This document shows positions 1 through 10,539 of a stretch of DNA of 64,000 nucleotides, in pieces (position 1 is the stretch's first letter; the number at the start of each line of letters is the position of its first letter). Below the pieces are notes generated by a model. It was not told the DNA's origin. It searched no databases and was given only the letters and a program-made list of their open reading frames with translations. A program made the position numbers and the translations under genes. This stretch comes from Spirochaetia bacterium (GTDB lineage Bacteria > Spirochaetota > Spirochaetia > UBA9216): positions 2,592,001 to 2,656,000 of the forward strand of contig OY776510.1 in the NCBI GenBank assembly GCA_963675665.1, written 5' to 3'.

Positions 1-729
1 GTCGTTATGTGAATATAAAACATCAATGTTGTCGTATGTTTTAATGATTTTTTTCATTAGTTCGTAGCCTTTTGAGCGAAGAAAATCACCTGATACGCTG
101 TAGATTATTTCAAACTCGGGGTGAAGGTCCAGAATCTCGCGGAACCCGGCGGCGCGGCCTACGGCTACGGATGATCCTTCCGTTCCGGTTATCTCTATTA
201 TCCTGACCGGATCATCCACGGTTGGAGCCGGAGATTCGGTTTCAGAGAATTTTTCAAGAAGAAAGAATGCCGCTTCACGACCTTCCTGTTCACTGTCGGT
301 TCCGATAAAGCCCGCGTAGAGGTTTTCGTCTTCGGTATTAATCTTTCGATCAGTGATCAGTATCGGTATTCCGGCATCGCGGGCTTCCTTCAAAATATTG
401 TCCCAGCCGTCTGCTACAATGGGTACAAAGGCTATAACATCGACCTGATATACAATAAATGAACGAAGGGCTTTTATCTGATTTTCCTGTTTTTGTTCCG
501 CATTTTCGAAAAGAAGCTGGACCCCTTTTTCAGCGGCAGCTGCCTTGATTGACCTGGTGTTGCACTTTCTCCATGCGCTTTCTGCGCCTATTTGTGAGAA
601 CCCGAGAATAATATTTTCTTCCATGCCGGCAGCAGGGGCCTTACCCTGTTTCAGCTTTATATATTGAAAACCAAGAGTCCCGGCAACTATAACAATAAGA
701 ATAAAAACCAATAGTGAAGTTTTTTTCAT
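1..729 (-). CDS. Sugar ABC transporter periplasmic binding protein (YtfQ/RbsB-like); 3' end lies outside the window
   Basis: Manual translation from the ATG at 729: MKKTSLLVFILIVIVAGTLGF...GFSQIGAESAWR...QENQIKALRSFI..VDVIAFVP..GWDNILKEARDAGIP, typical of periplasmic binding protein type 1. Not in the ORF track. Confidence 0.85.
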   Translation of the reverse strand, partial: MKKTSLLVFILIVIVAGTLGFQYIKLKQGKAPAAGMEENIILGFSQIGAESAWRKCNTRSIKAAAAEKGVQLLFENAEQKQENQIKALRSFIVYQVDVIAFVPIVADGWDNILKEARDAGIPILITDRKINTEDENLYAGFIGTDSEQEGREAAFFLLEKFSETESPAPTVDDPVRIIEITGTEGSSVAVGRAAGFREILDLHPEFEIIYSVSGDFLRSKGYELMKKIIKTYDNIDVLYSHND

Positions 730-887
730 AAAATTTGATAATTTCCCGATGCGTGTACGTTAACTCATTCTAACCCTGTTTCGGCTGAATGCGCAAGAAA
801 ATTATACGCTGGTATTGTTTACGCTTTGAAGCAGAGTAGCAGAGAAGTCTATAGCCAAATCGGCTTCTTCTGCATTATAATTATGTT

Positions 888-1562
888 ATGAATCATAGTT
901 TTTCAATCAATGAGCTTCTGCTTTTCCTTATTGCACTATTTGCCGTTTTCAGCCCGTTTGCTGTAATTGGTCCGTTTGCTGTTTTTACCGGTCACTATTC
1001 CGGGAAAACCCGGCGCAGAATAGCCTTCAGGGTAAGCCTCTACTCATCGGTCCTCCTGATTGTTTCGGCCTGGGCCGGCGATGCGCTGCTTCGGTATCTG
1101 GGAATATCGGTTGCAGCCCTCGGGGCGGCCGGAGGACTTGTTCTGATATTAACGTCGCTGCCGATGATTATGAAGGGAGAATCTCCGCGAAGGAAGATCA
1201 AGACCGAAAACGAGCCCGCAAGCGGGAGCCCTGAACATGTGGAAGATCACGAAGAGGGATGGGAAACCATAGTAGTATCTCCGCTTGTTTTTCCGCTGAC
1301 TGTCGGCGCCGGCAGTATTTCGCTTGTAATCACCCAGGCAAGTCTTGCCGCGGGGATAGTCGACAAGCTGGTTTTGACAGGCATTATTATTATACACGGA
1401 CTGCTTATTCATGCCACCTATATGTTTTCCGTTCCGCTTTCGACCCGGCTCGGCGGCAGGGGCAGCGCAGTCATAACCCGGATAGGGGGAATAATACTTT
1501 TGAGCCTGGCTTTTATCATTTTTACAAACGGAATAAAAGTACTTCTTCCTGGGCTTGCCTGA
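888..1562 (+). CDS. MarC family inner membrane protein
   Basis: About 6 hydrophobic segments; motifs FAVFSPF, SPLVFPLTVGAGSI and ITRIGGIIL. Confidence 0.85.
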   Translation: MNHSFSINELLLFLIALFAVFSPFAVIGPFAVFTGHYSGKTRRRIAFRVSLYSSVLLIVSAWAGDALLRYLGISVAALGAAGGLVLILTSLPMIMKGESPRRKIKTENEPASGSPEHVEDHEEGWETIVVSPLVFPLTVGAGSISLVITQASLAAGIVDKLVLTGIIIIHGLLIHATYMFSVPLSTRLGGRGSAVITRIGGIILLSLAFIIFTNGIKVLLPGLA

Positions 1563-1585
1563 GCAAAACAGAATCAAAAAAGCAT

Positions 1586-3994
1586 TCAGTTTACAGCAAT
1601 AACGATTGTTTCCGATTCATGTCGTGAACATGAGGCCTTCAGCCTGACGGAGCCTTTTTCGCCGGTGGTTTTTATCCACGCGGCACAGACTCCGCCGGTA
1701 AAGGCTGTAAGCGACGGGCCCAAAAGCTGTGCAGGGCCGCTTATCTCAATCTGCAGAGCTTCTGAGGCAAAGGGCATTATATTGCCGTACTGGTCGAGCA
1801 GTTTGAAAACGATCCTGGTAGAGTCCCAGGTACCGGCGGGGGTAACCGCATCCAGGGTTTGATCGTCGGCTTCAATAGCCAGGACCTTAAGGCTTCCGGC
1901 CCCGTATCGGCGGCGGACCACTTCGCGTCCGTTATAGAAGCCGGTTATCTCGAAATTGTCTTCGCCGTCGCCCCATCCGGCAAAGAATTCCATGAATAAA
2001 TCAACCAGGTCCCGGAATTTCATCCGGTAACGCTGCATAATCCACGCTATCTGCAAATAATGCCGCGGTTTCATGGCTTCCTGGCCGTGAAGCATTACAT
2101 AACTGATAACCGCTTTGATAATCTTTTGATCACGCGGTCTGAAACGGCTGCCGTCCAGCCTGCTGCCTACCAGCTCGTTGATGATTACCGGAGGATGTTC
2201 GACACCGGGGTAATCATTAAAGGCCGGATAGTAGCTGCCGGTTTCTTTCCCGTTGCGGCTTATTCTGATGTAATCGCAGTTTGTATAAACCTCGATCGGA
2301 AGAATCCTTGCCGCGCTTCGTTCGCCCTTTGCAAATATGCTTGCGGCCTCAAGAACAATCTCCTGCTGCGGGTTTTTCTGGCTGGCATAGACTGCTGCAG
2401 CCGGTTTCGGTATTCTGAATATATCGGAAACGCCGTGATAGCAGATTCGGTCGCCGCTTCCGAATTCCCGGTGAGTGTTATAGTCGAACGCGCACCAGCC
2501 GATGGTACCGCAGATTCGGGGATCGCTTCCGGCCCGGTCAAGAACCCTGAGGTGTCGCAGCGCGTGTTCGCGCAGTCTTTCCTCATTGTCGAACCGCTTT
2601 GTCGGAAACATGTGTCCGTTGAATTCAGTGACGATATACGGAACAGCCCTTCGGCCGGTGATTCTGTTGCGTGCGACTTTTGCCGGGTTGCGGAGAATCG
2701 CGTATTTCGAGGTGTTTCCGGAATGGATAAAATCGTTCATGGTATATACATCTTCAAGAAGTCCGGAATGCTCAATGTAGCGGACTCCTCCCGTCTGACG
2801 CGTCGGATCAAGTTTGCGGGCAACTCTGTTGGTTTCGGCGTAGAAATCATCATCGTCCTGCGATTCGTTTATCCTTACGCCCCAGATAACTACGGACGGC
2901 CTGTTGCGATCGCGGATAACCATTTCCCCGGCTTCATTAACCGAGTTCTGTTTCCAGCGTTCTCCGCCGATATGCTGCCAGCCGGAGATTTCCTCAAAAA
3001 CAAGCAGCCCGATTTCATCACAACGATCAAGAAAGTGCTTTGACTGCGGGTAATGGGAAGTCCTCACCATGTTCAGACCGAGCTCGTATTTAAGTATATC
3101 GGCGTCTCTCCGCTGCACCCGTTCGGGCATTGCGTAACCGACGTACGGGAACGATTGGTGCCGGTTAAGGCCCCGTATCTGAAGTTTTTTTCCGTTAAGA
3201 AAGAATCCCCGGGCTGTAAACCGGCAGCTTCTGAAACCGGTCCTGACTGTAACCTCATCTGTCTTTCGGTCTTTACTATACATCCGGATCCGAACGGTAT
3301 AAAGCACGGGACTGTCAATATCCCAGGGTTCAACATCAAGACTGTTGAAACTGACGTTCAACCGGGGTGTTTCTGCGGCGGTTTCGCTTCTGCAGAGTAT
3401 TTCTCCTTTTCCGGTTTCAACAGATGCCGAAACCGAACTGCCGGTTTCAGGCTGGCCGGAGAATGAAATCTCTACATCAAGAGTATTCCCCGTTTCGGAA
3501 CTGATAACCGGTTTTGCAAACACGTCGCTGATAAATACCGGAGAAACAAGCCTGAGCTGAACTTCCCTGTAGATTCCTCCGAAAGTAAGAAAATCAATGA
3601 CATTGCCGAAGGGCGGGATTTCGGGATTTTCGCGGGCGTCGGTTTTAACCGTCAGGGAATGCTCAGCTCCCGGCCGGACAAAATCTGTTATTTCTACAGT
3701 AAATGGCGTATACCCGCCCTTGTGATCTCCTGCCGGTTTATCATCAATAAAAACTTCCGCAGCAGCCATTACACCTTCAAAATCCAGGAAAACCCGGTTT
3801 GCACCGGCTGTTTCGGGAATTTTTAATATTCTGCTGTAATAGCTCTCAAACTGGTAATCTGTCTCATCAAAACAGTTGCATGGCAATTCCAGATTAGTAT
3901 GGGGCAGGGTTATATTTTCGGATTGAATCGTTTCTCCGTTTTTATCAATATAACTGAACGACCAGTTTCTGTTCAGAGGTATTATTGTTCTCAT
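1586..3994 (-). CDS. Glycoside hydrolase family 2 (beta-galactosidase-like)
   Basis: GH2 motifs LDFEGV, GGIYREV, GLNRHQ, VRTSHYP, WGVRINES and VTEFNGH. Confidence 0.92.
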   Translation of the reverse strand: MRTIIPLNRNWSFSYIDKNGETIQSENITLPHTNLELPCNCFDETDYQFESYYSRILKIPETAGANRVFLDFEGVMAAAEVFIDDKPAGDHKGGYTPFTVEITDFVRPGAEHSLTVKTDARENPEIPPFGNVIDFLTFGGIYREVQLRLVSPVFISDVFAKPVISSETGNTLDVEISFSGQPETGSSVSASVETGKGEILCRSETAAETPRLNVSFNSLDVEPWDIDSPVLYTVRIRMYSKDRKTDEVTVRTGFRSCRFTARGFFLNGKKLQIRGLNRHQSFPYVGYAMPERVQRRDADILKYELGLNMVRTSHYPQSKHFLDRCDEIGLLVFEEISGWQHIGGERWKQNSVNEAGEMVIRDRNRPSVVIWGVRINESQDDDDFYAETNRVARKLDPTRQTGGVRYIEHSGLLEDVYTMNDFIHSGNTSKYAILRNPAKVARNRITGRRAVPYIVTEFNGHMFPTKRFDNEERLREHALRHLRVLDRAGSDPRICGTIGWCAFDYNTHREFGSGDRICYHGVSDIFRIPKPAAAVYASQKNPQQEIVLEAASIFAKGERSAARILPIEVYTNCDYIRISRNGKETGSYYPAFNDYPGVEHPPVIINELVGSRLDGSRFRPRDQKIIKAVISYVMLHGQEAMKPRHYLQIAWIMQRYRMKFRDLVDLFMEFFAGWGDGEDNFEITGFYNGREVVRRRYGAGSLKVLAIEADDQTLDAVTPAGTWDSTRIVFKLLDQYGNIMPFASEALQIEISGPAQLLGPSLTAFTGGVCAAWIKTTGEKGSVRLKASCSRHESETIVIAVN

Positions 3995-4071
3995 AAAAAG
4001 ATAGTAAAATAGAGTTTTCTTTTTTGCAAGAATCGAATTATTATTATATAGTTTATATATAGAAGATTACT

Positions 4072-5520
4072 ATGAATATTAGCGGAAAAGATCTTACTTT
4101 TGACGAACTCCTTCTTTTTTTAAATGAAACGGCAATAAGTGTAATAATAGAGGCGGAAGGCATTTTCAGCGCAGCCAACAGTTACTTTTATGAGCTGACG
4201 GGATATACCGAAGATGAACTGAGAGGGAAAAGTGTTCCCGCACTTTTTGCTGAAGAATCACTTCTTGAAATAATTGATTCCAGAGACAGAATAACTGAAA
4301 ACATAGATAAATCGCAGGTAATCAGAAGCAAGGACAAGTACCTGTCTGTTGTTCTGAAATGCAAGGACGGCAGAAATATCGGCATGCTGATGATTCTGGT
4401 TATGCTGGCCGGGCCTCCGAAAAGAAAATGGGGTTACAAGCTGATAGAGCAGTCAATCTTTCATGCCGAGACCCGGCATATTGAGAAAATGGAAAAGCTG
4501 AAGGATTACCTGCTGAACATCAGCCAGTCGCTGATAAGGCTTGAGGATATTCAGAACTTTTATACTCTGGTGCTCGAGGCTGCCGGGGCCTCGTTCACCC
4601 AGGGCGATTACTGCACCATACTGAAGCTGATCGACGGCAATATTTTTGTGCCGGTTGCAGCACGCGGGTATTCCTGGAACGTGATGGCCCGTTTCAGGCT
4701 CCCGCTGAAGCAGTCTTTCTCATGGCTGCTGCTGGGCCGGCAGATTGACCGTACAATTATTGTCGACGATATCGACAAGCTTTGCGAAAAAACAGGCAGG
4801 GTTGAAAAATTGATTGAGGTAGAAGGTTACCCGATAAAATCATCGCTCCAGACGCCAATTTATCTTAATGATGAATTATACGGAATTCTTACAATCGACA
4901 GCACTGAAAAAAATGCATTTACCGAAGACGATTTCAATACCATTGAATACCTGCGCGCCCAGATTCAGATTGCGCTTGAAAACCAGCTTCTTTATAACAA
5001 GATGCAGCACCAGGCAAGCCATGATAATCTTACCGATGTAGCCAGCCGCGGCGCTTTTGAAGAGCAGGTTATAAAATTTCTAAGAACCAAGAACCACTAT
5101 GAATCATGCTGCATAATAATGATGGATCTCAATGATCTTAAAATTGTAAATGATGTGTGGGGGCATTCCGCCGGAGACCGGCTTCTGCTGGAGTTTATAA
5201 GGATTTTGCAGAAACATTTGAGGGGCAGTGATTTACTTGCAAGACTGGGTGGAGATGAATTTGCATTCTGTTTCTTTTCGTCACAGTCGGCTCATTTTAT
5301 CGAAAGAATCGAAGAAATTCAGCAGTATTTCATCGACAATCCGCTTGATTTTGACGGAAGAAAGGTCAGCTGCTATTTCAGTTACGGAATATCATACTGT
5401 CCCGAGGACGGCGATTCCTACGCTGTGCTGCTTAATACTGCTGATTCGAGAATGTATCAGATGAAAGCGGACTTGAAAAAAGGGAAACTGAAAAATGATC
5501 TGCACGAATACAGACGGTAA
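4072..5520 (+). CDS. PAS-GAF-GGDEF diguanylate cyclase
   Basis: N-terminal PAS (ELTGYTEDEL), GAF (GILTIDS..AFTEDD), and DLNDLKIVNDVWGHSAGD...RLGGDEF. Confidence 0.92.
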   Translation: MNISGKDLTFDELLLFLNETAISVIIEAEGIFSAANSYFYELTGYTEDELRGKSVPALFAEESLLEIIDSRDRITENIDKSQVIRSKDKYLSVVLKCKDGRNIGMLMILVMLAGPPKRKWGYKLIEQSIFHAETRHIEKMEKLKDYLLNISQSLIRLEDIQNFYTLVLEAAGASFTQGDYCTILKLIDGNIFVPVAARGYSWNVMARFRLPLKQSFSWLLLGRQIDRTIIVDDIDKLCEKTGRVEKLIEVEGYPIKSSLQTPIYLNDELYGILTIDSTEKNAFTEDDFNTIEYLRAQIQIALENQLLYNKMQHQASHDNLTDVASRGAFEEQVIKFLRTKNHYESCCIIMMDLNDLKIVNDVWGHSAGDRLLLEFIRILQKHLRGSDLLARLGGDEFAFCFFSSQSAHFIERIEEIQQYFIDNPLDFDGRKVSCYFSYGISYCPEDGDSYAVLLNTADSRMYQMKADLKKGKLKNDLHEYRR

Positions 5521-5529
5521 GGCCTGCAT

Positions 5530-6951
5530 ATGAAAATAATTGTCGGGCACAGCAACATGGACCTGGATTGCATAGGGTCGATAGTACTTGCAAAATATCT
5601 TTTTCCGGATTTTCAGCCTGTAAAAAGCAGGTTGATACACCCGGTTGCGGAAAACCTTCATAATATGTATCAGAACCATCTTGCGTTTCTTAACGCCAAA
5701 GACCTTGATGGTCAGCATGTTAGCAAGATGATAGTTGTTGATACCCGCACTTCGGGACGGATAGCGGAATATCTGGCGCATATCAGTAACGATGATTATG
5801 AGGTTGAAGTATTCGATCATCACCCGGCAGACGAGAAAGACATTCCCAATGCCGTTATTCATGAAAAACCGTACGGCGCCAATACTACCCAGCTTGGAAA
5901 GGAAATTATAAAACAGGGTATAAAAATCAGCCCGGAAGACGCAACCATCGCCCTTGCCGGAATTTTCGCAGATACAGGTAATTTTACACATCTGAATGTG
6001 ACCTGCGAGGATTTTGAAGTGGCTTCATTTCTTATAGACAGCGGCGCTTCCCTGAAACTTGTTTCTCATTTTCTGCAGCCGCTGCGAAAGAAACTTCAGA
6101 TCACCCTGTTCCATCAGGTACTCAATTCGATTGAATACCGGACAATACAGGGGCATTTTATAATTACCAGTTATATCGGCCTTGACGATGAAACCTCAGG
6201 AGTAAATGCAGTAGTTGAAAAGGTTTTTGAAGTTGAAAACGCCGAAGTCTATCTGGCCTTCTTTTATATAAAGAAGCGGAAAAAGCTGCTCATAGTGGGA
6301 CGCAATAAAAAAGCCTTTATAAAACTGAATGAAATTATGGCCGAATTTGGCGGAGGCGGGCATAACCAGGCTGCGTCCGCAGTTATAAAGACTGACAACG
6401 GGAGGCCGGTTTATAACCGAATACTCGAGTATCTTGATGAAATTCTTTTACCCGCCTATACGGCGGCGGATATAATGACCGAAGATGTGATTGCGGTTAA
6501 CGCCGACAGCACCCTGCTTGACGCATCGTTGAAACTTGAAGAGATTTCACATACAGGAGCACCCGTTATTGACAGTGACGGGAATGTTACAGGATTTCTT
6601 ACGCTTCGCGATATCATGAAAGGCCGGCGTTCAGGGCAGATGCATTCGCCGGTTAAGGGTTATATGACGCGAAAGATAGTAACTGCTTCACCTGAAACGA
6701 CGGTCCGTGAGATTGACGAGCTGATGTTTGAACACAATATCGGTCACCTGCCGGTTGTAAAGGACGGAAAACTGGCGGGTATCGTTACGCGTCACGATTA
6801 TCTGAACTTCAGGCGCGGAGAACAGAAAAAACGGGTTAATGCATATAAGGAAATTGCGATCCTGAAAGAGAAGACGGAAGCTGCCGATTCGCAGAACGAT
6901 AACGGGACGGTCCCAGTTGTTCAATCCGAACACGAAATGCAGCAGCTGTAA
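5530..6951 (+). CDS. DHH/DHHA1 phosphoesterase with a C-terminal CBS pair
   Basis: HSNMDLDCIGS, VVDT, FDHHP, DTGNF, GGGGHNQAAS, followed by two CBS repeats. Confidence 0.88.
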   Translation: MKIIVGHSNMDLDCIGSIVLAKYLFPDFQPVKSRLIHPVAENLHNMYQNHLAFLNAKDLDGQHVSKMIVVDTRTSGRIAEYLAHISNDDYEVEVFDHHPADEKDIPNAVIHEKPYGANTTQLGKEIIKQGIKISPEDATIALAGIFADTGNFTHLNVTCEDFEVASFLIDSGASLKLVSHFLQPLRKKLQITLFHQVLNSIEYRTIQGHFIITSYIGLDDETSGVNAVVEKVFEVENAEVYLAFFYIKKRKKLLIVGRNKKAFIKLNEIMAEFGGGGHNQAASAVIKTDNGRPVYNRILEYLDEILLPAYTAADIMTEDVIAVNADSTLLDASLKLEEISHTGAPVIDSDGNVTGFLTLRDIMKGRRSGQMHSPVKGYMTRKIVTASPETTVREIDELMFEHNIGHLPVVKDGKLAGIVTRHDYLNFRRGEQKKRVNAYKEIAILKEKTEAADSQNDNGTVPVVQSEHEMQQL

Positions 6952-6956
6952 TTCAG

Positions 6957-8159
6957 TTAATCAAGCCGATCCGCCAGCCGGTTCAGAAAAAGTCCCACAT
7001 CGCTTACAATGCCGATTGCCTGTCCTGAGCCGCGATCGGCAAGTTTTGTAACCACCGCAGGATTGATGTCGACGCAGACGGTATTAACCCAGGACGGAAG
7101 CATATTCCCGGTCCCTATGGAATGGAGCATCGTAGACAGCATCAGTACCGCCGATGCGTCTTTTATAATTTCGGCATAGGCCGCCTGCGCCGAAATCATG
7201 TCTGTTTCTGTTTCGGGAAGCGGCCCGTCGTCCCGGATTGAACCGGCAAGGCAGTATGGTATGCCGGTTTTGACAACCGTATACATAAGGCCGCTCTCAA
7301 GATCGCCGTTCTCTACAGCAGCAGCTATGGAACCGTGATGGTATATACGGTTAATGGCTTTCATATGATTTTTATGACCTTCATGTGTAGGACGCCCCGT
7401 TTTAAGATCAATACCGAGAGATGTTCCGAAATACTGCGATTCAATATCGTGAACGGCAATTGCGTTGCCGGCAAGCAAGCCGCTGATGTAGCCCCGTTCA
7501 ACAAGAGATGCCAGCGCAGGACCTCCGCCGGTATGAATGACCACCGGGCCCGCTACAGCAATTACTTTTTCGCCGTTTTTCTTCATACTTCTGAATGCCG
7601 CCGCTATCCGGTCGACAGCCATATCAGCGGCCCGTTCTGAAGAGACCTCTCCCGACATGAACCCGAAATCATCTTTTTGTCTTTTCCGGGCCGGCGGAAA
7701 GATTCGCACCGAATCCGCGTTAACAAGAACCTGTTCGCCCTTTTTTATATCGCGCAGTTTTCGGCATTCAAACCCGCCGCCGCTTTTAATAATTGCCGCG
7801 TCCATTCTCTGGTGCGCAACTGTTTTCCATTCTCCGCCCGAATACACTTCAGTCCGGTGGTTTGTTGATGAGTAGAAGTTTTCAGGGGCGCATTTATCTG
7901 AAGGAGCCGGGCATAATTCAGCCTCGGCGGCCGATTTTTCGTAACAGCCCTGGGCTATCAGTTTTTCGGTAAGGGTTTCCAGCTGTCCGGCAGTATCGGC
8001 AGTCAACTCTATTTCAAGCCGTGATTCCTCAGTATTTATCTTGCCGATATCAAATTTTATTATTTCGTAATCGGCCCCTTCCTCAATAATAAGGTTAAGT
8101 ATCGACGATAAAATACCCGAGTCAATCAGATGCCCTGTGGAAATAAATCTTCTGTTCAT
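6957..8159 (-). CDS. TIGR00300 family protein (LOR/SDH-like; ArgZ C-terminal ornithine cyclodeaminase-like)
   Basis: GHLIDSG, FYSSTNH, FGFMSGEVSSER, GNAIAVHDIE, LAGSIRDDGPLP and KLADRGS motifs. Confidence 0.85.
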   Translation of the reverse strand: MNRRFISTGHLIDSGILSSILNLIIEEGADYEIIKFDIGKINTEESRLEIELTADTAGQLETLTEKLIAQGCYEKSAAEAELCPAPSDKCAPENFYSSTNHRTEVYSGGEWKTVAHQRMDAAIIKSGGGFECRKLRDIKKGEQVLVNADSVRIFPPARKRQKDDFGFMSGEVSSERAADMAVDRIAAAFRSMKKNGEKVIAVAGPVVIHTGGGPALASLVERGYISGLLAGNAIAVHDIESQYFGTSLGIDLKTGRPTHEGHKNHMKAINRIYHHGSIAAAVENGDLESGLMYTVVKTGIPYCLAGSIRDDGPLPETETDMISAQAAYAEIIKDASAVLMLSTMLHSIGTGNMLPSWVNTVCVDINPAVVTKLADRGSGQAIGIVSDVGLFLNRLADRLD

Positions 8160-8210
8160 AAGCTCAGTTTATATAAAACAATGTTATACTTCAATTGCAG
8201 GAGCAGATGA

Positions 8211-9002
8211 ATGATTAACAGAACAGTGGAAATAATGCTGAACAGGCGTTCGGTCAGAGCTTATACCGACACCGCAATTACGGAAGAAGACAAGCGGCTG
8301 TTGTTTGAATGTGCAATGCGCGCGCCTACAGCGGGCAATATGATGTTGTACTCCATGATCGAAGTAAGCGATCAGAAATTAAAAGACAGACTGTCGGTGA
8401 CTTGCGATAACCAGCCCTTTATTTCAAAAGCGCCCCTGCTGGTTCTGTTTCTTGCCGACTATCAGCGGTTGTTTGATTTTTACCTGGCAAGCGGGGCCGA
8501 AAAGTGGGCGGAAAAGCAGGGGCGCGAATTTCGTACTCCTGAAGAGGGAGACCTTCTGCTTGCCGTCAACGACGCGCTGATTGCCGCGCAGTCGATGGTT
8601 ACTGCTGCTGAATCCCTGGGAATAGGGTCGTGCTACATAGGCGACATAATGGAGAATTACGAAACCCATTGTCAGATGTTCGGCCTTCCGGATTATGTTT
8701 TTCCGGTAACCCTGGTCTGCTTCGGTTACCCTAAAAAACCCTGTTCCGAACAAAGCCTGGTCCCGCGTTTTGAAGAGAAATTTGTCCGTTTTGAAAATTC
8801 CTACCGCCGCTTTGAAGAGGATGAGATCCTCGGTTTATACGACAGGCTTGAGAAGTGGCTGCATAAGGGCAGGCCCGCCGATTACGCCGAGGGTAATATC
8901 GGCTGTCATCAGTACAAGCGGAAATTTGATGCTGACTACGCCCTTGAAATGAACCGTTCGGTCCGTGCGGCCCTTGAAAACTGGCGAAACAAAAACAAGT
9001 GA
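8211..9002 (+). CDS. Nitroreductase family protein (NfsA/Frp-like)
   Basis: RRSVRAY, APTAGNM, AAESLGIGSCYIG and GYP motifs. Confidence 0.9.
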   Translation: MINRTVEIMLNRRSVRAYTDTAITEEDKRLLFECAMRAPTAGNMMLYSMIEVSDQKLKDRLSVTCDNQPFISKAPLLVLFLADYQRLFDFYLASGAEKWAEKQGREFRTPEEGDLLLAVNDALIAAQSMVTAAESLGIGSCYIGDIMENYETHCQMFGLPDYVFPVTLVCFGYPKKPCSEQSLVPRFEEKFVRFENSYRRFEEDEILGLYDRLEKWLHKGRPADYAEGNIGCHQYKRKFDADYALEMNRSVRAALENWRNKNK

Positions 9003-9034
9003 GAGCCCGGGTTCCGTTTTTCAGGAATAACGGG

Positions 9035-9064
9035 CCACGGATGTTCACGGATAACCACGGATAA
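9035..9064 (+). repeat. Three tandem CACGGAT units
   Basis: gcCACGGATgttCACGGATaacCACGGATaaa. Confidence 0.75.
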
Positions 9065-9076
9065 ATTTGCTGCTTG

Positions 9077-9106
9077 TTGACACGGAAAGCGGTTAGATGG
9101 TATCTT
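9077..9106 (+). promoter_or_regulatory. Sigma70-type promoter of tRNA-Pro
   Basis: TTGACA, 18-bp spacer ending in TGG, then TATCTT, 15 bp upstream of the tRNA. Confidence 0.55.
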
Positions 9107-9121
9107 GTTTTCCAGCAATAA

Positions 9122-9195
9122 CGGGCTGTAGCGCAGGGGTTTAGCGTACATGTCTGGGGGACATGGGGTCGGCAGTTCAAATCTGCCCAGCCCGA
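9122..9195 (+). tRNA. tRNA-Pro(GGG); CCA not encoded
   Basis: Acceptor stem CGGGCTG/CAGCCCG, anticodon arm CATGT-CTGGGGG-ACATG, T-arm GGCAG-TTCAAAT-CTGCC. Confidence 0.96.
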
Positions 9196-9319
9196 ATATT
9201 AATTATTTATATTGTAACGATTTAAGTACGTACTTGAAAAACGGTTAGAAATAACCGTTTTTTTTGTATGCAGATTGTAGGCACTTTTCTTTTAGAACAA
9301 ATAAGAGGCGGCATACAAG

Positions 9320-10462
9320 ATGCACCAACCATTTACTGTTTATAAAAGAAAAACTACCAGAAAAAGAAAGTATGTATATTATGTTCTATTTCGAGATGAA
9401 GATGGGAAAAGATTATCTGGGAAGAGTAGTGGAAAGCACTCAAGAGCAGAAGCTACTGAATGGGCTAGAAAGCAATTAAATCCAACATTATATACTTATT
9501 CAGCAATAACATTTGGTAAATATGCAGAAAACTGGTTTATCTGGGGTAAATGTGAGTATCTGAAAAGAAAGTTAAGAAGAAGAGAATACTCAAGAAGCTA
9601 TGCTGAAGGGCAAAGAGGTTTATTAGAGAATCTAATTTTACCTTATTTTAAACACAAACTACTTTCTGAAATCACTCTCTATGATATTGAAGAATGGCTT
9701 TTCTCAGTTAAAGAAAAACTTTCTGCAGCTTCAGCCAACAGATCATTAACTGTTCTTAAGATAATATTTAAAGAAGCACTAAGAACAGGAAAGATATCAA
9801 GAAATCCAGCAGCAGATATTGAAAAACTTCCTGAACCCATTGTACATAAAGGCATATTATCAGCAGAAGAAGTAAAGAATTTATTCTTACCAGATTCTCT
9901 TCATTCTATTTGGAAAGGAAATCTTATTCATTTCACTTTAAATCTATTAGCTGTAACAACTGGAATGCGAATGGGAGAAGTATTAGCTCTACAAGTCTCA
10001 GATTTTCATTATGATTACATAGAAGTTAATCATTCATGGGATAGAAAATATGGATTAAAAGCACCAAAAGCTAATTCATATAGGATGGTCTCTTTACCTC
10101 AGATTACAAGTCAATGCTTTAATCAACTTCTCGCTAAAGATAAGTATCAAGATCCCTCTACGATTGTATTTCATGGAACTTCACTTAAAAGGGCTATAGA
10201 TCATAAAGCAGTTTTAAAATATTTTTATCGAGCCTTGAACGAAAGCGGTATTGATGAAGAAGAAAGGTTGAAAAGGAATATCACATTTCATTCACATCGA
10301 CACTTCTTTAATACATTTATGCGTGGACGTATTGCTGATTCAGAACTTCAAAAACTAACAGGACATCGTACTCAAAAAATGACTGAACACTATGACCATC
10401 AACAAATTGAAAGTTTTGATAATATTCGCAAAGTTCAAGACCAGATTTTAAATCAAAGTTAA
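9320..10462 (+). CDS. Tyrosine recombinase/integrase
   Basis: TGMRMGEVLAL, PKANSYR, FHSHRH and LTGH...HYDH catalytic R-K-H-R-H-Y set. Confidence 0.95.
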   Translation: MHQPFTVYKRKTTRKRKYVYYVLFRDEDGKRLSGKSSGKHSRAEATEWARKQLNPTLYTYSAITFGKYAENWFIWGKCEYLKRKLRRREYSRSYAEGQRGLLENLILPYFKHKLLSEITLYDIEEWLFSVKEKLSAASANRSLTVLKIIFKEALRTGKISRNPAADIEKLPEPIVHKGILSAEEVKNLFLPDSLHSIWKGNLIHFTLNLLAVTTGMRMGEVLALQVSDFHYDYIEVNHSWDRKYGLKAPKANSYRMVSLPQITSQCFNQLLAKDKYQDPSTIVFHGTSLKRAIDHKAVLKYFYRALNESGIDEEERLKRNITFHSHRHFFNTFMRGRIADSELQKLTGHRTQKMTEHYDHQQIESFDNIRKVQDQILNQS

Positions 10463-10539
10463 TAGTTTTCTAAATTTAAATCCGATTATTATAAAATATG
10501 CTATTATTTATATAATGAAGTAAGATAAAGAGAGTTAAA

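Noticed and set aside
2060-3043. 327-aa plus-strand ORF
   Set aside because: Antisense shadow of the GH2 gene with no recognisable motifs; the same applies to most short overlapping ORFs in the track.
6957-9195. Functional link between the ornithine-to-proline enzyme family gene and tRNA-Pro
   Set aside because: Opposite strands, a gene in between and no shared regulatory signal seen; probably coincidence.
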